A stretch of 62,073 nt of DNA from Candidatus Pacebacteria bacterium RIFOXYA1_FULL_38_18 (lineage in GTDB: Bacteria > Patescibacteriota > Microgenomatia > UBA1400 > PJMF01). This document shows positions 53,911 to 62,073 of this stretch, piece by piece (the stretch's first letter is position 1; the number at the start of each line of letters is the position of its first letter). The stretch is from assembly GCA_001787405.1 (NCBI GenBank), contig MFWV01000013.1, forward strand, positions 1-62,073, written 5' to 3'. The position numbers and the translations under genes are program-made. A model generated the notes under the pieces. That model was given only the letters and a program-made list of their open reading frames with translations. It ran no database searches and was not told the origin of the DNA.

Positions 53911-54527
53911 AACTAGGAGGACCCAAAGTAGCAGCTCTTCAAGGTGGGGGAGGATCTCGTCAAGGATTTGGTCATTTCAATGAAGAGCATCTAGAACAAG
54001 GGGCCACTGCTTCCGCTGTTCAACAGAAACAATTAGCCCAGCAAGGGGCACAGATTAGTTCAAAACCGGGAGCCAATCAGCAACAGAGCCACGCTCAACA
54101 ACCAGCTCCTCCACCCAGAGAAGTGGGTGATTTAAAAGATGAATTAATCACTCGTCCGGCAAAAGATATAAAAGAGGGAGTGGGGAGTATTTTCAGTTTG
54201 CATGATATTTTAAATATTAAACCTGGCGACACACCAGAAGAAATGGGAAAAAAGAAAACCATCACCAAGAATTTTGAACAATTGACAAAAGAGCAACAAG
54301 CAGTGGCCAAAAAGCTTTTTCAAGCAAAAATGCAAAAAGATAAAGAAGCAGAAGAAGAAAAAGAGCAGAAAAAACAAGCAGCTGCTCAAAAATCAACGGG
54401 CCACTTGGCTCCACCTAGCTCGCCCAAGAAAGGTGCGGTTGGTTTGGCAGGTAGCAGAAAACAAAAAGCTCAACAAAGCCTGGAACAACAACGTCAATCA
54501 ATCGGTCGAGTAGCTGGTGCGAATTAA
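53907..54527 (+). CDS. low-complexity Q/K/A-rich hypothetical protein
   Basis: ATGA overlap with the previous ORF. KKLFQAKMQKDKEAEEEKEQKKQAAAQK. Confidence 0.4.
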   Translation: MKLGGPKVAALQGGGGSRQGFGHFNEEHLEQGATASAVQQKQLAQQGAQISSKPGANQQQSHAQQPAPPPREVGDLKDELITRPAKDIKEGVGSIFSLHDILNIKPGDTPEEMGKKKTITKNFEQLTKEQQAVAKKLFQAKMQKDKEAEEEKEQKKQAAAQKSTGHLAPPSSPKKGAVGLAGSRKQKAQQSLEQQRQSIGRVAGAN

Positions 54528-54584
54528 TTAATAAATTCATTCGATTGTTAACCGCTCTTTATCCAAACCAGCTATAATCAAATT

Positions 54585-54641
54585 ATGGCAAAGTTTTTTA
54601 GAGGTGTTGTTTTTAAAATGCTTGATTGGACTACTTTATGA
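54585..54641 (+). CDS. candidate 18-codon upstream ORF coupled to cysS (MAKFFRGVVFKMLDWTTL)
   Basis: ATG lies 6 nt after TATAAT (54573-54578). Its TGA overlaps the cysS ATG (ATGA at 54638-54641). No SD before cysS. Confidence 0.3.
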   Translation: MAKFFRGVVFKMLDWTTL

Positions 54642-56059
54642 AACTTTATAATACTCTTTCCAGACAAATCGAAGAATTTAAACCTTTGGAGCCTCCACTA
54701 GTCAAGCTTTATGCTTGCGGTATCACCGCTTATGATTACACTCATTTGGGTCACATCAGAAAATATGTTATGGATGATGTGCTGGTACGTGTTTTGCGTC
54801 ACGCCGGCTATGAAGTAAAGTTTGTGCGCAACGTGACTGATGTAGGACACTTAACCTCTGACTCTGATACCGGTGAGGACAAAATGGAAAAAGGAGCCAA
54901 AAAATATGGCAGTACAGTTTGGGATGTGGCTCAGAAATTTGAAGATTATTTTCATTATTCTATGGATTTGATGAATGCAGTACGACCTAATGTCACTAGC
55001 AAGGCAAGCGAGCATGTACCAGGGCAACTGGAAATGGTCAAAAAACTAGAAGAAAAAGGTTACACCTATATTATAGAAGGAGATGGAGTTTATTTTGATA
55101 CCAGCAAACTAAAAGATTATGGCAAACTGGCCCAACTAGATATCAAGGGTTTACAAGAGGGAGCTAGAGTAGAAAAAGTGAATGGTAAGCGTCAGCTTAC
55201 TGATTTTGCTCTTTGGAAGTTTGAGCGACCTGGAGAAAATAGAAAAATGGTTTGGGAAAGTCCTTGGCATCCGCGCAGTTTTCCCGGTTGGCACATTGAG
55301 TGTTCAGCTATTAGTATGGAACATTTGGGTGAGCAGTTGGATATTCATACCGGAGGAATAGATCACATTCCTGTTCACCATACTAATGAAATTGCTCAAA
55401 GCGAAACAGTTACTGGCAAAAAACCATTTGTCCGTTTTTGGATACATCACAACTTTTTATTTATAGAAGGTAAAAAGATGAGTAAGTCTTTGGGTAATTT
55501 TTATACCATCGATGATTTACTCAAAAAAGCTTACGATCCGATGGCTTTTCGCCTGCTTTTATTGGGGGCTCACTATCGTTCAGAAATGAATTTTACTTGG
55601 GAAAACTTGGAAGGAGCACAAGTTTCCTGGGAAAAATTGATTGATAAAATTCAGCAATTTTTGGTACAGAAAGATAATGATCCAGAGCCCACGGAAACGC
55701 AATTAGCTTTGGAAGAAAATTATAAAAATAGATTTTTCAGTCAAGTTGAAAATGATTTACACCTTCCAGAAGCATTGGCGGTGATGTGGAAAATGGTTGG
55801 TGATGATCAGTTGACTGCTTCACAACACTACCATTTATTATTATCTTTTGATGAAATATTGGGTTTGGGTTTGGCCAAAATCGAGCCGGCAGAAGAGCTG
55901 GATGTTTCTGATAAAGTACAGAGTCTGCTTGACGAGCGGAAGATTGCCAGAATGGCTCAAGATTGGCAGAAAGCAGATCTTTTACGCGGACAACTAGAAC
56001 ATTTGGGTTACAAAGTTGAAGATAAAGAAGACGGTCAGCAACTAAAAAAACTAAAGTAG
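54638..56059 (+). CDS. cysS: cysteinyl-tRNA synthetase
   Basis: HLGHIRKY (HIGH), KMSKSLGN (KMSKS), GWHIECSA. ATG 54638 is preferred over TTG 54626. Confidence 0.9.
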   Translation: MKLYNTLSRQIEEFKPLEPPLVKLYACGITAYDYTHLGHIRKYVMDDVLVRVLRHAGYEVKFVRNVTDVGHLTSDSDTGEDKMEKGAKKYGSTVWDVAQKFEDYFHYSMDLMNAVRPNVTSKASEHVPGQLEMVKKLEEKGYTYIIEGDGVYFDTSKLKDYGKLAQLDIKGLQEGARVEKVNGKRQLTDFALWKFERPGENRKMVWESPWHPRSFPGWHIECSAISMEHLGEQLDIHTGGIDHIPVHHTNEIAQSETVTGKKPFVRFWIHHNFLFIEGKKMSKSLGNFYTIDDLLKKAYDPMAFRLLLLGAHYRSEMNFTWENLEGAQVSWEKLIDKIQQFLVQKDNDPEPTETQLALEENYKNRFFSQVENDLHLPEALAVMWKMVGDDQLTASQHYHLLLSFDEILGLGLAKIEPAEELDVSDKVQSLLDERKIARMAQDWQKADLLRGQLEHLGYKVEDKEDGQQLKKLK

Positions 56060-56091
56060 GTCTTGACCTCAAAATAATCTCTACCCAATCT

Positions 56092-57195
56092 TTATTTTAA
56101 GTTTTTCATGACTTGTGCATAAAAATGCAGATTGTGAGCGCTAGCCAATTGGTAAGCCAGCCCATCTTTGATTTTAAATAAATGATGCAAATAGGCTTTG
56201 GTGTGATTTTGACACACGGGGCAAGCGCAATATTGATTGACTGGTGAAAAATCAGTAGCGTATTTACCACGATCAAGATAGAGAAACTCGTACCAATTTG
56301 CTGTTTTAGCAGATTTTATTTTATGCAGATCAAGTTTGGCGGGATCTTGATTGAAGACATACAAGCGCTGATGGCGCGCGTCACGGGTGGGCAAGACGCA
56401 GTCAAAAAGGTCGTAGCCCATTTCTCGTAATCTCATGATGTTGGTGGGAGAGCCCACGCCCAAGGCGAAAAGCAGTTTGTTGTCGGGAGTAGCTTCTGCT
56501 GTGACGCGCGCCATTTCATAATCAAAATTTCCCTGATCGTCAAATGGCCAACCGCCAAAACCATAACCATCAAAACCAATTTTGACCAATTCCTCAGCAC
56601 ACTTTTGGCGTAATTGATAATCGCGATGACCTTGTACTACGGCCAATAAAAGTGGTCGATTTTTGCCGATTAGTTTCTTGGTTTGACATTGTTTTTCAAA
56701 CTCAATTTTGCAACGGTAAGCCCAATCAATAGTTCGTTTCACACTTTGTTTGAGCCTAGTGGGAGAAGCATCGATAGGGGAAAAATCATCCAAACAAATC
56801 ATGATGTCACTATTGATAGCAAACTGAACCTGAATTGAATTTTCTGGAGTAAAAAGCGTTTTTTTGCGCTGTTTTTCACTAGAATATAAAATCACTCCGT
56901 CATCTATGATCTTACCCAGTTTGGGATTGCTATGAATGAGTGAAAATAACTGAAAACCGCCAGAATCAGAAACAGTTAGCCCGTCCCAGTTCATGAAAGA
57001 TTTTATACCACCGACTTTATTTAAGATTTTGGTGCCTGGTTTGCTCATTAAATGATAGGTATTGATGACCACACCCTTGATTTTTGCTTGAGCTACTTGC
57101 TGGCTGGATAATCCACGGACTACGCCCAAAGTAGCATCTGGTAAAAAAATAGGTAGAGAATAGGTTTTATTGCGTACCGAAAATTTTTTCAGCAT
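56092..57195 (-). CDS. tgt: tRNA-guanine transglycosylase family protein
   Basis: VSDSGGFQLFSL, LGVGSPTNI, LFDCVLPTRDARH, and a Zn site CACPVCQNHTKAYLHHL. The N-terminus is shorter than in canonical bacterial Tgt. Confidence 0.8.
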   Translation of the reverse strand: MLKKFSVRNKTYSLPIFLPDATLGVVRGLSSQQVAQAKIKGVVINTYHLMSKPGTKILNKVGGIKSFMNWDGLTVSDSGGFQLFSLIHSNPKLGKIIDDGVILYSSEKQRKKTLFTPENSIQVQFAINSDIMICLDDFSPIDASPTRLKQSVKRTIDWAYRCKIEFEKQCQTKKLIGKNRPLLLAVVQGHRDYQLRQKCAEELVKIGFDGYGFGGWPFDDQGNFDYEMARVTAEATPDNKLLFALGVGSPTNIMRLREMGYDLFDCVLPTRDARHQRLYVFNQDPAKLDLHKIKSAKTANWYEFLYLDRGKYATDFSPVNQYCACPVCQNHTKAYLHHLFKIKDGLAYQLASAHNLHFYAQVMKNLK

Positions 57196-57200
57196 AAGGA

Positions 57201-58352
57201 TTATTTTTTCTTTCTTTTATTTTTTGGCGATTTGCCTAATTCCAATTTGGCAAATAAATCGAGGGAGTTTTTGAAGGCTTCGTCCATGTTGAAGTATTTG
57301 TAGTTTGCCAACCTACCGACAAAATAAATATTGGTTAGTTTGTTTGCCTCTTTTTTGTATTTTTTAAAAAGCGCCTGATTGGCTGGATTTGGCACTGGAT
57401 AATATGGCTCGGTTTTATCGGCTAGGTGAGGAATGGAATACTCTGTTGAAGTAGTGGTTTTGGGATGTTTTTGTCTGGTAAGGTGTTTGTACTCAACAAT
57501 TCTAGTAAAAGCTCCATCTTTGGGAGAAGGATAGTTGATGACGGAATTTTCTTGATATTTTTCTCTATTGTGTGTTTGCCAAACAAAATTGATTGAACGA
57601 TATTCCAGTTGTTTGCCCAGACTGTGTTTGAACTCAAAAAAACGATCAATAGGTCCCGTATAAAAAAGTTTCTCAAAGTTTTTCAATTTGTTTTTGAGAT
57701 CAAAATAATCAGTATTTAATTGAATAGTAATGTTGGGATGAGCAAGCATTTTTTCAAATAATGGAGTGTAACCTGCTTCCGGCAGAGCTTGATGCTGATC
57801 GGTAAAATAGCGGTCGTCAAAATTAGTGCGCACTGGAATACGATTGAGTACAGTAGCATCAAGCTCTGCCGGATATTTATCCCACTGTTTTTTGGTATAG
57901 TTTTTGAACATTTTTTCATAAAGAACTTTGCCAACTCTAGCCAAAGCAGCTTCCTCGCCATTTTGAGGATCATCATTTTTGATTTGATGTTCAGCCAACC
58001 ATTTTTTCATCTCTGCTTGTGTTTGAAGATGAAGCCCAAATACTTGATTGACGGTAGTGATATTGACGGGAATAGGTACGAGCTGATTGTCAACTTTGGC
58101 TAGCACTCGATGTTCATATGGATACCACCTAGAAAAACGATTGACATACTGCCAAACATCTTCGTCATTGGTGTGGAAAAGATGGGCTCCGTATTTGGAA
58201 ACACGAATGCCGTCAGCGTTATAAAAATCATAACAATTACCGCCCAGATGATCTCTTTTTTCGATGATCAATACTTTTTTACCCAGTGAAGCATAACGTT
58301 CAGCCAATGTTGCTCCAGAGATACCCGCGCCGATAATAATAATTTCAGACAT
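57201..58352 (-). CDS. glf: UDP-galactopyranose mutase
   Basis: IIIGAGISGATLAERY..VLIIEKRDHLGGNCYD..GAHLFHTN..GRLANYKYFNMD. Confidence 0.9.
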   Translation of the reverse strand: MSEIIIIGAGISGATLAERYASLGKKVLIIEKRDHLGGNCYDFYNADGIRVSKYGAHLFHTNDEDVWQYVNRFSRWYPYEHRVLAKVDNQLVPIPVNITTVNQVFGLHLQTQAEMKKWLAEHQIKNDDPQNGEEAALARVGKVLYEKMFKNYTKKQWDKYPAELDATVLNRIPVRTNFDDRYFTDQHQALPEAGYTPLFEKMLAHPNITIQLNTDYFDLKNKLKNFEKLFYTGPIDRFFEFKHSLGKQLEYRSINFVWQTHNREKYQENSVINYPSPKDGAFTRIVEYKHLTRQKHPKTTTSTEYSIPHLADKTEPYYPVPNPANQALFKKYKKEANKLTNIYFVGRLANYKYFNMDEAFKNSLDLFAKLELGKSPKNKRKKK

Positions 58353-58829
58353 ATTGTTTTAGATAGAGTCCATAGGGGAGATTATAACAACATTATTTTA
58401 CTTGCCGATTCACTCAGTAAAATTGTTTTAACAAATACCTAGCAACGATTCTTATAATCATTGATTTTAATAGTATTACTCACTTTTTAAATGAGATTCT
58501 ATGCTATTTTTTTGTGCTAGTACGCAAGTTTAATCAGTTGAAATTTTGTCCATTTTCAAAACCAAAACCCAACCAAAATCTAGTGAATTTGGTTTCGGCA
58601 TGGCCATCACTAGCCCTCAGCCTCGCTCAGGCCTAATAATAGAGTAGCATTGAAATATCGAACAGATCAAGGCAATTTAATTCAGATTGGATTGTCAGGG
58701 TTGATCAACGATGCGGTAAGTGATTAATGAGTAACAGTCGATAATTTTGACAATCAAACTTGAAAAAGATAGACTTAATTTATTGTTTATTTAAAATAGA
58801 TATAGGATAAATAAAAAAAGAAGGAAAAT

Positions 58830-59774
58830 ATGTCCGAAGTGTCTCAACTGGGTTCTCCAAAAGAATCAGTTTCTCCAGACGATATTGATTGGTCAGTTTT
58901 CAAAAATAACTTAAATGATCCAAAGCAATTTCAGGAAAATTTGGAACGGGCACTTCAGGAAGGGTCTGTTGATGATTTGAGTAAAATCATCAATCATATA
59001 GACCCCCCCGAATCATCCGAAAATTTAGCTCGGACACAAGCATATATTAATGAGCTCAAGCAATTGGTAGCCAAAAATCCAGGAGCTGAGTCAGTTCAGC
59101 TCTCTAATGGTGATTCGATATATTTTCCTGATCAAGAAATTCTCAAATTAGAAACTCAACTCCAGAAACAAAATGAGTACAATGATAAGGTTTTTCCTCA
59201 ACTGGCAAAAATTAACAGAATAATTCAAGAACGGAAGACGAAGTTATTAGCAGAGTTGAAAGAAGAGGCGAGTAAATTAAAACAAAAAATAGAACAGAGA
59301 CAAATGCTGACTCCAGAAGAGTTGGGAAAAGTAGTCAATAATTCTGAGATAATCTTTGGTAAAAAGTTGTTTCCGTTTTTCAAGTCAGTTCTTGAAATTT
59401 TAAAGTCAGAAACTCCTCCAAAACCTGAAAAAATCTTAGAACTTTGGAGAAAAATAAATAATACTCAAACCTTCATGCAGATTAAGCCAGCACTTGATTT
59501 ACTTTCTGAACAGGAGGCTTATCAAAAAGCACCAAATAAGGAAAGTTATAAGTACACAACTTATGGCATAAATGGTGAGCCGATTGGTGAAAGTGCAGGA
59601 AGAGCTAAAATTGATGAAAGGAAAATTCAAGAAGTTCTCAGAGAAGTTAGCCAGGCTGTTTTGTTGTCCCAACTTTTAGAAAATCAATATCCATTAGATC
59701 AAAAACCTTCAATTCGACAAAATTTTTCATTGAAAAATATTAATGGAGAACAAGTGCCGGTCAGAAGTTCCTAG
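58830..59774 (+). CDS. hypothetical coiled-coil protein
   Basis: GAAGGA SD. 314 aa, no TM helix, no motif recognised. Confidence 0.4.
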   Translation: MSEVSQLGSPKESVSPDDIDWSVFKNNLNDPKQFQENLERALQEGSVDDLSKIINHIDPPESSENLARTQAYINELKQLVAKNPGAESVQLSNGDSIYFPDQEILKLETQLQKQNEYNDKVFPQLAKINRIIQERKTKLLAELKEEASKLKQKIEQRQMLTPEELGKVVNNSEIIFGKKLFPFFKSVLEILKSETPPKPEKILELWRKINNTQTFMQIKPALDLLSEQEAYQKAPNKESYKYTTYGINGEPIGESAGRAKIDERKIQEVLREVSQAVLLSQLLENQYPLDQKPSIRQNFSLKNINGEQVPVRSS

Positions 59775-59904
59775 GAAGAGGGTGATGATTGATTTGCTTA
59801 TTAGCATGTTCCAATGTTCGTTCTGAATTACTCATTTTGAAAATGTATCATTTAATACAAGTATGTCATAAATCATGTATTGTCAGTTTTCGGAAATTCA
59901 ATTT

Positions 59905-60126
59905 TTATTTGTGTAAATGAAAAGTTTTATGTTTGGAATTGGCACCAGAAAGTATTGATATTTGGTTGGGTTTAATCAAAAAATGTTGGGCAAAAGCCTT
60001 AATGATGGCTTGATTGGCCTTTCCTTGTACGGGAGATTGCGAAACGTAGACATGAAAAGTGTCGTGAGCGTCTTTTTCAATCCTTGGTTTTTTTGAGCCG
60101 GAATGAGCAATAACTGAGATGCGCAT
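59905..60126 (-). CDS. DUF167 (YggU-like) protein
   Basis: MRISVIAHSGSKKPRIEKDAHDTFHVYVSQSPVQGKANQAIIKAFAQHF..ISILSGANSKHKTF. ATG 60126 is preferred. Confidence 0.7.
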   Translation of the reverse strand: MRISVIAHSGSKKPRIEKDAHDTFHVYVSQSPVQGKANQAIIKAFAQHFLIKPNQISILSGANSKHKTFHLHK

Positions 60127-60500
60127 AGAGTGATTATACAAGAGGAAGGATGATAGAATACCCTTCATGAACCTATCAGTTGGAATAGTGTGGATGCAAT
60201 TCCACAACTAGACACCAGGTAGAAAGAAGACAAAACATATGTCAAGCAACCACCTATTAGCCTCAATAGAGGAGTAGCTAATAGACAGGGGATTTCCTTC
60301 GAGTTTACTATCAATCTTCCCAAACCAAGAAAAGCACGAAAGATAACAAAGAGGGACGAATTAGGTCGTATAATATGGACAAAAGCTAAATAGTTGACTT
60401 GTTTACTTTTTGATATAGTTAGCATACAATTTCCACTTGGCCTAAACAGCAATTGCGCTGTGGTGGCAAAAATCGTTCACGGGTATAAAAGGAGGCTATA

Positions 60501-60722
60501 ATGCCATACCCACACGAATCGAATCAATCCGAGAAAGCCCGCTTTGATGATGCGTGCGGTCGCGATGGGGCGAACCTTTCGCCAAGTGAGAAGGATCGCT
60601 TCAGCGATTACTTCCACACCCTGTCGAACCGTCAACGCATGTCCTTCCGCGAAATCGTCGACTTGGCGAATCAGTGGAAGCGTGATCACGGTGATGGCTT
60701 CCGTCGTAGCGATCGCTACTAA
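60501..60722 (+). CDS. 73-aa hypothetical protein in a GC-rich, probably foreign mini-cassette
   Basis: AAAGGAGG SD 8 nt upstream. A strong terminator follows. About 54% G+C by my hand count, against visibly AT-rich flanks. Internal duplication SEKARFDD / SEKDRFSD. Confidence 0.5.
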   Translation: MPYPHESNQSEKARFDDACGRDGANLSPSEKDRFSDYFHTLSNRQRMSFREIVDLANQWKRDHGDGFRRSDRY

Positions 60723-60746
60723 CGGAGGCGGCTGATTCAACCCACC

Positions 60747-60784
60747 GGGCAGTCATTCTTCGGGGTGACTGCCCCTTTTTTTTT
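60747..60784 (+). terminator. intrinsic terminator of the GC-rich cassette
   Basis: GGGCAGTCA (60747-60755), loop, TGACTGCCC (60766-60774), then C and T9. Confidence 0.75.
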
Positions 60785-60812
60785 CCTCAAAAAATTATAT
60801 ATTTACACTTGT

Positions 60813-61250
60813 ATGCAAAAGATCAATGAGTTTATCGAATCAGCAATTGGTAAAACAATATGGAACCCTCATAAACGAGTAAGTTCTGAGTTTGTTTTTG
60901 AGGTTGGAGAGAAAACCGAATCTGATAGGGGAGAACTTCATTTTGTTATTAGCAATTGTCATTGGTGGTTGCAAAAAATAGATTCAGAAAAACGAGTTGA
61001 TATAGTAAATAGTGAAAGTGAGCAAAATTTTATTGAAAAAAAAATATCAATTCTTGAGCAAAAATCCATAAAACAGGTGGATTTTGATGAAGAAACAGCT
61101 AATACTACTTTCGAATTCTCAGATAGTCTTCTACTAAAAGTAAGCCCATACGGAAACGATAAACTTAGGGATCAGTGGAGTGTTTTCACAAAAGACAAGG
61201 TTTTATTAGTAAAATCTAACGGAACCAGTGATATACAAGACAACGTCTAA
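60813..61250 (+). CDS. hypothetical protein
   Basis: 145 aa from ATG 60813. The ORF-track start at 60765 lies inside the terminator. No motif recognised. Confidence 0.4.
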   Translation: MQKINEFIESAIGKTIWNPHKRVSSEFVFEVGEKTESDRGELHFVISNCHWWLQKIDSEKRVDIVNSESEQNFIEKKISILEQKSIKQVDFDEETANTTFEFSDSLLLKVSPYGNDKLRDQWSVFTKDKVLLVKSNGTSDIQDNV

Positions 61251-61259
61251 TTTTTTAGC

Positions 61260-61574
61260 TTGAAATTTTTTATAAATCCAAAGCTTTTAGGCGACTTTCT
61301 ACCAATCGAAGAAATTAAATCGGCATTCGCTATCCAAAGTGATGCGGTTTTTCATTTTGATGGTAAAAAGATTACAGACAGACTTGATTTTGATCAAAGT
61401 TCATTGCCTAGTTCTATTGCCATACTCAGTCACTCAATGGTCAAAAAATATCCAATCAATCAGGTTGAGAATTTTAAAGTTAAACTAGCTACATACCTTA
61501 ATTGGTATAACATTAAGCGACCACATATGGACTTAAATTATTTAAGCCTTTCGTTTGAAAAGATTGGTAGTTGA
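61260..61574 (+). pseudogene. remnant of a DDE (rve-type) transposase C-terminus
   Basis: ENFKVKLATYLNWYNIKRPHMDLNYLSL matches the conserved end of the integrase core (..YN..RPH..L). The upstream 65 aa do not look like a catalytic domain. TTG start. Confidence 0.45.
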
Positions 61575-61797
61575 AAGACAAATATCCGTATTGAACCAGA
61601 AAGAGAACTAGTCCGATGTTATAATTCCATCAGAAGAAGTCATCGAGAATTACACTGTTGAAATCAGAAATATACTCGCAAATGCAGACTTTTCATTAAA
61701 GAGAAATATCATTTTGGGAAAGACATCGACAGGGTAGTCACAACTTAAGAAACAGCTATCATATCAGGATACATCTAAATCGAAAAGGAATACACTA

Positions 61798-62073
61798 ATG
61801 TCAAGTTCAAATCTATCAGTCGGAATTGTTGGTTTTCCCAACGTTGGCAAGTCTACTTTGTTTAACGCCCTGCTCAAGAAGCAAGTGGCGCTAGCAGCGA
61901 ATTATCCGTTTGCTACCATCGAACCAAATACTGGTATTGCTGAGGTGCCTGATGAACGTTTGGCGGTTTTGGCCAAGATTGTGGGTACGAGCGTCATCAA
62001 ACCAGCTACGGTAGAGTTTGTTGATATTGCTGGTTTGGTTAAGGGTGCGAGCGAAGGGGAAGGTTTGGGTAAT
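61798..62073 (+). CDS. ychF: ribosome-binding ATPase YchF (5' part, truncated by the window end)
   Basis: [68 protein letters not shown]. Confidence 0.85.
   Translation, partial: MSSSNLSVGIVGFPNVGKSTLFNALLKKQVALAANYPFATIEPNTGIAEVPDERLAVLAKIVGTSVIKPATVEFVDIAGLVKGASEGEGLGN

Noticed and set aside
56092-57195. The Tgt homolog as a DpdA-like DNA 7-deazaguanine transglycosylase (DNA modification system).
   Set aside because: The catalytic and Zn motifs fit ordinary Tgt. The neighbours are cysS and glf, with no dpdB-K, queC/D/E or restriction-like genes. The shorter N-terminus alone is insufficient evidence.
58353-58829. Possible ncRNA or mobile-element end in the 477-bp gap after glf. Features noted: hairpin AACCAAA..TTTGGTT near 58571-58594, and a slightly GC-rich patch at 58598-58633.
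   Set aside because: Only one modest hairpin is present. There are no repeats matching anything else in the window and no promoter/terminator pair. The evidence is insufficient to call anything.
60477-60740. ORFs 60477..60740(-) and 60544..60735(+) overlapping the GC-rich cassette.
   Set aside because: All frames stay open in GC-rich DNA. Only the 60501..60722 frame has an SD at the correct spacing and a downstream terminator.

Overview
62 kb chromosomal segment from an AT-rich, apparently small-genome bacterium. The gene content fits Patescibacteria/CPR, which is an inference from content only: peptidoglycan and elongasome genes, many glycosyltransferases, short orphan ORFs, ribosomal proteins with low-complexity extensions, no biosynthetic operons. 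I call about 75 CDS, 5 tRNAs (Pro-CGG, Thr-GGU, Tyr-GUA, Thr-UGU, Trp-CCA) and one tRNA-Thr-derived remnant. There are no rRNA genes, no CRISPR array and no intact mobile element. Recognisable blocks: (1) mreB, a HigBA-like TA pair, and murD preceded by a PP-loop protein; (2) secE-nusG-rplKA, separated by about 6 kb from rplJL; (3) thrS; (4) a tRNA cluster with rpmG; (5) def-fmt; (6) an mreB-like/mreC/mreD/PBP2 operon; (7) dprA-topA-nadD-nadE; (8) a pyrimidine deoxynucleotide cluster (thyA-like, dCMP deaminase fusion, CofE-like, DHFR-like, dut, Maf-like, tmk); (9) recR, hpf, cysS, tgt, glf; (10) a partial ychF at the window edge. Most interesting observations, none visible in the ORF track: (a) a 15-codon Thr-rich leaderless mini-ORF with terminator/antiterminator geometry in front of thrS; (b) a 57-codon two-TM ORF with a perfect SD, embedded in about 300 nt of back-to-back hairpins, lying between an atypical orphan OmpR-type regulator and an Nramp-like transporter; (c) the PP-loop protein upstream of murD, a candidate MurL/MurD2-type route to D-Glu; (d) tandem GCGAAGC mini-hairpin repeats and a tRNA-like remnant in the tRNA operon leader; (e) a GC-rich foreign mini-cassette next to a transposase remnant; (f) frequent -10 boxes 6-11 nt from start codons, suggesting leaderless mRNAs. 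All functional calls rest on motif reading by eye. No searches were run.
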